From: Candidatus Krumholzibacteriota bacterium
GTDB taxonomy: Bacteria; Krumholzibacteriota; Krumholzibacteriia; Krumholzibacteriales; Krumholzibacteriaceae
Direction of reading: 5' to 3'
Length of the DNA stretch: 33,289 nucleotides
Assembly (NCBI GenBank): GCA_030613345.1
Contig: JAUWMD010000002.1
Coordinates: 1 to 33,289 of the forward strand
The notes beneath the pieces were generated by a model that was given only the letters and a program-made list of their open reading frames with translations, searched no databases and was not told the origin of the DNA. Position numbers and translations under genes: made by a program. Shown here one piece after another: positions 26,240-32,878 of this stretch. The first letter of the stretch is position 1. Every line of letters starts with the position of its first letter.

Positions 26240-28141
26240 ATGTCGGTTGAAACGAATATTCGTTTCCAGTCTCCTCCAGAGCTTTCCGCTTTTCGTGACC
26301 GGCTGAGCTCCGAGCGCAGGGATGACATTAACAGGATCACGATATGCGCTGGAACGGGATGTGTCGCCAAGGGAAGCATACGTGTGTTTGAGAAATTTAC
26401 CGAGGCGATCGAATCCCGTCAGCTCGACGCGACGGTCGAGCTGAAGATTTCAGGTTGCCACGGCTTTTGCGAGAATGGCCCCCTCGTCGTCATGAAACCG
26501 GCAGGCATCCTGTACATGGAGGTAAGAGAGCGGGACGTGGATGATATCGTCGAAAAAACAGTTACAACCGGCGAAATCATCGAAAGACTCCTGTACAAGG
26601 ATCCGGTTTCGGGCGAACGAGCACGGAACGAGGATGAGATCCCTTTCTACAAGAAACAGATGCGCGTCGTTCTACGCAATATCGGCAAGATCGATCCCAA
26701 CAACATCGATGATTACATAGCCGTCGGCGGCTATTCCTCGCTCGCCAAGGTTCTTTCCGGTCTCCAGCCTGAAGAGGTCATCTCGATGATCGAGCGATCG
26801 GGGCTGCGCGGACGAGGAGGGGGAGGATTCCCGACGGGCAGGAAATGGAGATCGTGCAGGAATGCACCGGGGGACATCCACTATGTCGTTTGCAACGGTG
26901 ATGAAGGAGATCCCGGAGCGTTCATGGACCGAAGTCTAATGGAAGGGGATCCGCACAGTATTCTGGAAGGAATGATCATCGGCGCATACGCCATCGGTGC
27001 GGAAGACGGGTTCGTTTACGTACGTATGGAGTATCCCCTCGCGATCGAGCGCCTGTTGAATGCGATACGGGATGCGGAGGTGTACGGACTTCTTGGTGGG
27101 AACATACTCGGATCCGGCTTTGATTTCAGGATCAGGATCAACAGGGGGGGCGGAGCGTTCGTGTGCGGTGAGTCTACGGCGCTGATGGCATCTCTGGAAG
27201 GGAGGGCCGGCGAACCCCGGGCGAAATACATACATACCGTCGAGAAGGGCCTCTGGGATAAACCGACGAACCTGAACAACGTCGAAACATGGGCAAATGT
27301 TCCGCCCATCATCGAGCGGGGCCCCGAATGGTTCAGTTCCCTGGGAACTGATGGCAGCAAGGGAACGAAGGTGTTCTCACTCGTTGGCAAGGTGAAGAAC
27401 ACGGGTCTCGTCGAGGTGCCCATGGGAATCACGCTTCGTGAGATCCTTTTCGATATCGGTGGGGGCGTCAAGGGCACGAAAAAATTCAAGGCTGTTCAGA
27501 CTGGCGGCCCATCCGGCGGATGCCTCGTCGTCGATGTAGAGGAGAAGGGAAAGAAGGGCGCGTTCAACTTGATCGATCTCCCGGTAGATTTCGACCGGTT
27601 GACAGAGGTCGGATCGATGATGGGATCCGGCGGGATGATCGTTATGGATGAGGATGACTGCATGGTCGATGTCGCCAAATATTTCCTCAGCTTCCTGAAA
27701 GAGGAATCGTGCGGCAAATGCGTACCGTGCAGAGAGGGAATACGACACATGCTCACGATACTCGACAGGATCACGAACGGAGAGGGAAGCGCGGAGGATC
27801 TGCAGCTGCTCGAGGAGCTTGCTGAAACGATAGCCGAAGCGTCGCTCTGCGCTCTTGGAACCCAGGCGCCAAATCCGATCCTGAGCACTTTGAACTATTT
27901 CAGATCCGAATACGAAGCGCACATATTCGAAGGGAAGTGCCCAGCGGGGGTATGCAAGCAGCTGGTGACATACTCGATATCGGCGGATAACTGTACCGGC
28001 TGCACACTCTGCGCGAAGAACTGTCCGGCCGGTTGCATCAGCGGCGAGCCGAAGGAATTGCACACCCTTGATTCGAGCACATGTATCAAGTGCGGTATCT
28101 GTTACGACGTGTGCAATTTCGACGCGGTGATCAGGAGATAA
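26240..28141 (+). CDS. nuoF: NuoF/HydB-type NAD(H)-binding FMN Fe-S flavoprotein with an N-terminal [2Fe-2S] domain and a C-terminal 2x[4Fe-4S] domain
   Basis: The N-terminal domain carries ICAGTGC...SGCHGFC. The core carries GLRGRGGGGFPTGRKW (FMN), VVCNGDEGDPGAF (NADH) and ESCGKCVPCREG...LCALG (the N3-type cluster). The C-terminus carries CTGCTLCAKNCP and CIKCGICYDVC. Confidence 0.92.
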   Translation: MSVETNIRFQSPPELSAFRDRLSSERRDDINRITICAGTGCVAKGSIRVFEKFTEAIESRQLDATVELKISGCHGFCENGPLVVMKPAGILYMEVRERDVDDIVEKTVTTGEIIERLLYKDPVSGERARNEDEIPFYKKQMRVVLRNIGKIDPNNIDDYIAVGGYSSLAKVLSGLQPEEVISMIERSGLRGRGGGGFPTGRKWRSCRNAPGDIHYVVCNGDEGDPGAFMDRSLMEGDPHSILEGMIIGAYAIGAEDGFVYVRMEYPLAIERLLNAIRDAEVYGLLGGNILGSGFDFRIRINRGGGAFVCGESTALMASLEGRAGEPRAKYIHTVEKGLWDKPTNLNNVETWANVPPIIERGPEWFSSLGTDGSKGTKVFSLVGKVKNTGLVEVPMGITLREILFDIGGGVKGTKKFKAVQTGGPSGGCLVVDVEEKGKKGAFNLIDLPVDFDRLTEVGSMMGSGGMIVMDEDDCMVDVAKYFLSFLKEESCGKCVPCREGIRHMLTILDRITNGEGSAEDLQLLEELAETIAEASLCALGTQAPNPILSTLNYFRSEYEAHIFEGKCPAGVCKQLVTYSISADNCTGCTLCAKNCPAGCISGEPKELHTLDSSTCIKCGICYDVCNFDAVIRR

Positions 28142-28149
28142 GGATTTAG

Positions 28150-29925
28150 ATGGAAGAAAAGGAAGCAAGTCAGGTTCTCGTGCATCTGGAAGTCGACGGG
28201 AAATCCGTATCCCTCGCTGAGGGTTCCACGATCCTCGATGCGGCCAAACTGCTCGGCGTACAAATCCCGACGCTGTGCTATACGCCTCTGGTCGAGCCAT
28301 ACGCCGCATGCCGCCTCTGTTCCGTCGAGGTCGAGTATCCCCGCGGCGGAGGCAAGGTCGTGACCGCCTGCAATTACCAGGTATGGGACGGTATCAAGGT
28401 GCGCACGGACACCGACAAGATACGTCGTATTCGCGGCATGATCGTAGAAATGCTCCTCGCGCGATGCCCGGATATCCAGGTACTGAAAGATCTCGCCGAA
28501 GAATACGGTATCGAGAAGGTTCGTCTCGAGAAGCAGGAAGAGGGGTGCATTCTCTGCGGCCTCTGCGTGCGGGTCTGCGCAGAGCTAGTCGGGGCGCATG
28601 CGATCTCATTTGCGGGCAGAGGCCTCGACCGCCGGGTAGCGACTCCGTACGACAAGTCGAGTGACGCCTGTATCGCGTGCGGTGCATGCGCACTGGTATG
28701 CCCGACGAAGATCATTCATGTCGAGGATCAGGAAGGTCGCGAAATCATCCATGAAGAACTCTCTCTGGGACCTTCCAAAGCGATCACCCTGCCGTTTATG
28801 CAGGCGGTGCCGAATATACCATATATCGACACGGAACATTGCATACATTTCCAGACAGGTGAGTGTGGGTACTGCGCGAAGATCTGCGACAGGGATGCGA
28901 TCGATTACGAATTGCAGGAAGAAACGATCGAGGTGGATGTGGGGAATATAATCATGGCGACGGGCTTCGAACTGTTCGACCCTTCCGTAATGGGACAATA
29001 CGGCTACGGGCGCCTGAAAAACGTGGTAACCTCGCTCGAATTCGAGCATCTGAACTGCGCCGCGGGACCAACCGGCGGACGGATCCTGATGACCGACGGC
29101 GGAGAGCCGTCGAGTGTCGGAATCATACACTGCGTCGGAAGCAGGGACGAGAATTATTACAAGTACTGTTCCCGGGTATGCTGCATGTATGCGCTGAAAT
29201 ACGCGCACCTGATAAAGGAAAAGACAGATGCGGACGTCTATAGTTTTTACATCGATATGAGATGCTTCGGAAAGGGATACGAGGAATTCTACCACAGGCT
29301 GCTCGAGGAAGGGGTCCAGTTCATCAGGGGACGGGCGGCGGAGATCACCGATTACGCGATAGATTCCGACGAAGAGGGAAAGCTGATTGTCCTCTGCGAG
29401 GATACCCTGATAGGCGCCCTTCGCCGGATACCTCTCGATATGGTGGTGTTGTGCTCCGCCATGAAATCGAATGAGGATGCCAAGGAGCTGTCGCGAATAT
29501 TCTCGTGCAGCCTGGGAAGCGATGGCTTCTTCATTGAGAAACATCCGAAACTCGCACCGGTATCCACTACTTCCGACGGAGTATTCATCGCCGGCGGCTG
29601 TCAGGGTCCGAAGGATATTCCGGATACCGTGGCTCAGGGAGCGGCGGCTGCAGCCGAAGTCCTTTCGCTGATTGACAGGAAAGAAGTCGAGGTCGAAGCG
29701 GCGATCGCTGTCGTGGACGAGGATCGATGCTCCGGATGCAAACTGTGCAACACGCTCTGTCCGTACCTCGCTGTCAAGTACGATGAGGAAAAAGGCGTTT
29801 CCGTGGTGAATGAAGCGCTCTGCAAGGGATGCGGTACCTGTGCCGCGGGATGTCCGAGTAACGCCATATCCGCGAGACACTTCGAGAACAGACAGATATT
29901 CGCCGAGATAGAAGGTCTTCTTTGA
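28150..29925 (+). CDS. hdrA: Fusion protein: NuoG/HydA-N-terminal-type [2Fe-2S] + 2x[4Fe-4S] module (aa 1-200) joined to the HdrA C-terminal half (aa ~201-591)
   Basis: The N-terminal module carries CYTPLVEPYAACRLCSVEV..TACNY, CILCGLCVRVC and CIACGACALVCP (28669-28704). From HEELSLGP (nt 28750) it is colinear with HdrA1 from HEKLSLGP (nt 22116) to the C-terminus. Shared blocks are CIHFQTGECGYCAKIC (28840-28887), IHCVGSRD, CSRVCCMYALKYAHLIKEK, DMRCFGKGYEEFY, GVFIAGGCQGPKDIPDTVAQ and CSGCKLCNTLCP...CKGCGTCAAGCP. Confidence 0.88.
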   Translation: MEEKEASQVLVHLEVDGKSVSLAEGSTILDAAKLLGVQIPTLCYTPLVEPYAACRLCSVEVEYPRGGGKVVTACNYQVWDGIKVRTDTDKIRRIRGMIVEMLLARCPDIQVLKDLAEEYGIEKVRLEKQEEGCILCGLCVRVCAELVGAHAISFAGRGLDRRVATPYDKSSDACIACGACALVCPTKIIHVEDQEGREIIHEELSLGPSKAITLPFMQAVPNIPYIDTEHCIHFQTGECGYCAKICDRDAIDYELQEETIEVDVGNIIMATGFELFDPSVMGQYGYGRLKNVVTSLEFEHLNCAAGPTGGRILMTDGGEPSSVGIIHCVGSRDENYYKYCSRVCCMYALKYAHLIKEKTDADVYSFYIDMRCFGKGYEEFYHRLLEEGVQFIRGRAAEITDYAIDSDEEGKLIVLCEDTLIGALRRIPLDMVVLCSAMKSNEDAKELSRIFSCSLGSDGFFIEKHPKLAPVSTTSDGVFIAGGCQGPKDIPDTVAQGAAAAAEVLSLIDRKEVEVEAAIAVVDEDRCSGCKLCNTLCPYLAVKYDEEKGVSVVNEALCKGCGTCAAGCPSNAISARHFENRQIFAEIEGLL

Positions 29926-29962
29926 GCTTGAAATAAGATAAACAGATGGAAGGGATGATGCG

Positions 29963-30448
29963 ATGAGTTTCGAGCCTAGGATAGTCGGATTCCTCTGCAA
30001 CTGGTGTTCTTACACGGGGGCCGATCTCGCCGGGACGGCAAGGATCAAGTACGCTCACAACATCAGGTCTATCAGAGTGATGTGCAGCGGCAGGATCGAG
30101 CCGACCTACATCATGAAGGCGCTCTATGAAGGCGCGGATGGGGTGCTTATCGCTGGTTGTCATCCTGGAGATTGCCACTATCAGGAAGGCAATTACAAGG
30201 CGCTCAGGCGGTACATGCTTCTGAAACGTATCCTGTCCGAATACGGCATCGAACCGGAGCGCCTCAGGCTCGAATGGGTGGCGGCATCGGAGGGAGAACG
30301 ATTCGCCAGGATCGTTGACGATTTCACAGAGCAGTTACGGAAACTTGGTCCGCTTGCCATAAAGGAATCGATCGCCGAAGCGATGAAGGACGACATTGAT
30401 CCTCATGAAGCTCACAACGTAGAAAGCGGTGAGGCAGATGAAGCTTAA
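29963..30448 (+). CDS. mvhD: MvhD/FlpD-type hydrogenase delta subunit ([2Fe-2S] electron-transfer protein)
   Basis: It carries IVGFLCNWCSYTGADLAG...IRVMCSGRIEP...GADGVLIAGCHPGDCHYQEGN, the canonical MvhD pattern. Confidence 0.9.
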   Translation: MSFEPRIVGFLCNWCSYTGADLAGTARIKYAHNIRSIRVMCSGRIEPTYIMKALYEGADGVLIAGCHPGDCHYQEGNYKALRRYMLLKRILSEYGIEPERLRLEWVAASEGERFARIVDDFTEQLRKLGPLAIKESIAEAMKDDIDPHEAHNVESGEADEA

Positions 30449-31391
30449 AGGCGGTATCTACTGGGGAGCTGGATGTGGCGGTTGCGATGTCGCCGTGCTC
30501 GACCTCCATGAAAAAATCCTCGATGTAGCCGAGAAGATGGACCTGCTGTTCTGGCCCATCGCACTCGATTTCAAATACGACGATGTCCGGGCCATGGAAG
30601 ACGCCGAGTTCGATATCGTCCTGTACAACGGGGCGATCAGAAATTCTGAAAACGAAGAGATGGCCAAACTCCTCAGGCGCAAGTCGAAGACCATGGTCGC
30701 CCTCGGAGCCTGTGCTCATATCGGCGGGCTGCCCAGCCTGGCCAACTATCACACGAAGCAGTCAGTGTTGGAGCGAGTCTACTTGGAGACTGAATCGAAC
30801 GAAAATCCCGACGGCACAATGCCGTTGGAGAGGTCGACTGTGGACGGAAACGAGCTTGAGCTTCCGAGATTCTACAACACTGTCAAGACGCTCGATCAGG
30901 TCGTCGACGTTGATTACTATATTCCCGGTTGCCCACCCGTTCCTGAACAGATATTTTCTGCCCTTTCCGCCGTTTTCATCGGTGAGCTTCCCCCGAAAGG
31001 GTCTGTGATCGGGGCCGGTACTAAAACCCTCTGCGACGAGTGCCCGCACGAGAAGGAAGAGAAAGAGATAAGCATTATCAAGCGGCCTCTCGAGATGATC
31101 CCCGAGCCGGGGAAATGCCTGCTCGAACAGGGTCTCATCTGTCTCGGGCCGGTCACGAGGGAGGGGTGCGGCGCCAGGTGCATCAACTCCGGTGTGCCGT
31201 GCAGGGGATGTTACGGTCCCCTTGATGACGTATACGATCAGGGAGTCAAGATGGTCAGCGCGCTCGCCTCGGTCCTGGAACCGAAGGAAGAGAAAGAGAT
31301 CGACAAGGTGCTCGATGGGATAGTCGATCCGCTCCGGACATTTCACAGGTTCAGCACTGCTGCTTCGATACTGAGGAGGAAAAAGGTATGA
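30438..31391 (+). CDS. mvhG: [NiFe]-hydrogenase small subunit, group 3 (MvhG-type)
   Basis: Motifs are GCGGCDVAVLD, GACAHIGG, YIPGCPP, CDECPH and CLGPVTREGCGARCINSGVPCRGCYGP. The ATG at 30438 is preferred, and the tracked GTG at 30429 is also possible. The gene overlaps the end of mvhD. Confidence 0.9.
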   Translation: MKLKGGIYWGAGCGGCDVAVLDLHEKILDVAEKMDLLFWPIALDFKYDDVRAMEDAEFDIVLYNGAIRNSENEEMAKLLRRKSKTMVALGACAHIGGLPSLANYHTKQSVLERVYLETESNENPDGTMPLERSTVDGNELELPRFYNTVKTLDQVVDVDYYIPGCPPVPEQIFSALSAVFIGELPPKGSVIGAGTKTLCDECPHEKEEKEISIIKRPLEMIPEPGKCLLEQGLICLGPVTREGCGARCINSGVPCRGCYGPLDDVYDQGVKMVSALASVLEPKEEKEIDKVLDGIVDPLRTFHRFSTAASILRRKKV

Positions 31392-32848
31392 AGCGCGTAG
31401 ATATAGATCCGATCACACGCCTCGAAGGCCATGGGAAGATAAGCATATTCATCAACGACGACGGATCGGTCGAGAACGCATACCTTCAGATTCCGGAGTT
31501 GAGGGGGTTCGAGAAATTCGTAGAGGGTCTCCCTGTGGAGGAGATCCCCCGGATCATGCCTAGGATATGCGGCGTTTGCCCGGCGGCCCATCACATGGCC
31601 GCGGGGAAAGCCGTTGACAACGTGTTTAGAGTGGAGATTCCGCTGGTAGCTAAAAAACTCCGGGAAATGTATTACATGGCGCATTATATCCATAGCCACG
31701 CCGCTCATTTCTACGCTCTCGCGGCTCCGGATTTCGTTCTCGGACCACAGGCCCCGAAGGCCGAAAGAAATGTTCTCGGGCTGATAAACAAGGTCGGATT
31801 GAAGCTCGGCAGGGAAGTGCTCAGGCAGAGAGGGATTTCGCAGGAAATACAGATTATGATAGGAGGCCGCGCCACGCATCCCGTATGGAACATTCCCGGC
31901 GGAGTGACGCGTGCACTCAGCGACGAGAACGCAGAGAAGGTCAAGAGTCTTGCCGCTGAACAGGTCGGCTTCGCAGAGCTGAGCCTGAAGTTGTTCAACG
32001 ATCTCGTATTGAGCAACAGCGACTATCTCGAGCTTATAATGGGCGATATATTCGAACAGGTGACCAACTACATGGGGCTGGTCGACGATGACAATAAGGT
32101 GAATTTCTACCATGGGAAGGTACGGGTTACGGATATAAACGGGGAAGAGTTGTTCAAGTACTCCGAACCGGAATACCTCGATTACATAGCCGAACATGTC
32201 GAACCTTGGTCCTACCTTAAATTCCCCTATATCAAGGACAGGGGCTGGAAAGGATTCGTCGAGGGCGAAGGGACTCCTCTCTTCCAGGCCAATCCGCTTC
32301 CGCGGCTCAATGCGGCGGACGGGATGGCGACACCGAAGGCTCAGGAAGAGTACGAGAAGATGTTCGAGACCGTCGGCGGAAAACCGTGCCACAAGCTGAT
32401 GGTGAACCACTGGGCGAGGCTCATAGAGATGCTCTATGCCGCCGAGCGGATGCAGGAGTTGATCAACGATCCGGAGATCACAGATCCGAACGTAAGGGTG
32501 ATCCCATCGACCACGCCGAGAGAGGGTGTGGGAATCGTCGAGGCCCCTCGCGGAACACTCACGCATCACTACTGGACCGACGAGAACGGGATCGTGACCA
32601 AGGCAAACCTGATCGTCGGGACGACGAATAACAACGCCTCGATAAACATGGCCGTCAAAAAGGCGGCCCAGAATCTCATCAAGCCGGGCGGCGAAGTGAC
32701 CGAAGGGCTGCTCAACATGGTCGAGATGGCGTTCCGTCTGTACGATCCGTGCTTCAGCTGCGCTACGCACAGTCTGCCCGGAAAGATGCCGCTTACAGTC
32801 GAGATACGCGATCTCGACGGCGAGATACTGAACGAGGTATCGAGGTAG
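31388..32848 (+). CDS. mvhA: [NiFe]-hydrogenase large subunit, group 3c (MvhA-type)
   Basis: It has N-terminal RLEGHGKI and RICGVCPAAH (L1). The C-terminal DPCFSCATH (L2) is followed by a 25-aa extension, which would be the protease substrate. It has an ATGA overlap with mvhG. Confidence 0.93.
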   Translation: MKRVDIDPITRLEGHGKISIFINDDGSVENAYLQIPELRGFEKFVEGLPVEEIPRIMPRICGVCPAAHHMAAGKAVDNVFRVEIPLVAKKLREMYYMAHYIHSHAAHFYALAAPDFVLGPQAPKAERNVLGLINKVGLKLGREVLRQRGISQEIQIMIGGRATHPVWNIPGGVTRALSDENAEKVKSLAAEQVGFAELSLKLFNDLVLSNSDYLELIMGDIFEQVTNYMGLVDDDNKVNFYHGKVRVTDINGEELFKYSEPEYLDYIAEHVEPWSYLKFPYIKDRGWKGFVEGEGTPLFQANPLPRLNAADGMATPKAQEEYEKMFETVGGKPCHKLMVNHWARLIEMLYAAERMQELINDPEITDPNVRVIPSTTPREGVGIVEAPRGTLTHHYWTDENGIVTKANLIVGTTNNNASINMAVKKAAQNLIKPGGEVTEGLLNMVEMAFRLYDPCFSCATHSLPGKMPLTVEIRDLDGEILNEVSR

Positions 32849-32878
32849 CGCATCGTGGAAGATTCCGGGAGTAATCCG

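Noticed and set aside
27377-28309. 310-aa minus-strand ORF over the 3' end of the nuoF-like gene. The same reasoning covers plus- or minus-strand shadows at 3021..4028, 5116..6138, 7410..8138, 10207..10869, 14931..15356 and 20372..21106
   Set aside because: All of these lie opposite to, or out of frame with, genes that carry strong family motifs. Their compositions (Arg/Pro/Gly-rich) are those expected from non-coding frames of GC-rich genes.
28606-30000. 464-aa minus-strand ORF across the Fe-S::hdrA fusion gene
   Set aside because: It is an antisense shadow of a strongly supported plus-strand gene, with no motifs and no RBS context.
31343-32770. 475-aa minus-strand ORF across mvhA
   Set aside because: It is an antisense shadow. 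The plus strand encodes a [NiFe] large subunit with both the L1 and L2 motifs.
25727-32848. Reading nuoE/nuoF/Fe-S plus the small and large subunits as a HoxEFUYH (group 3d) bidirectional hydrogenase
   Set aside because: An MvhD/FlpD gene sits directly upstream of the small subunit, and the HoxU-like module is fused to an HdrA half. The small subunit has the MvhG-type layout, and the locus starts with hdrCBA sets. A group 3c Mvh-Hdr-type assignment fits better, though phylogeny should confirm it.
19842-32848. Selenocysteine (in-frame TGA) recoding, known for some HdrA, MvhD and hydrogenase genes
   Set aside because: All of these ORFs are uninterrupted and carry Cys at the conserved positions. 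No in-frame TGA or SECIS-like requirement is evident.
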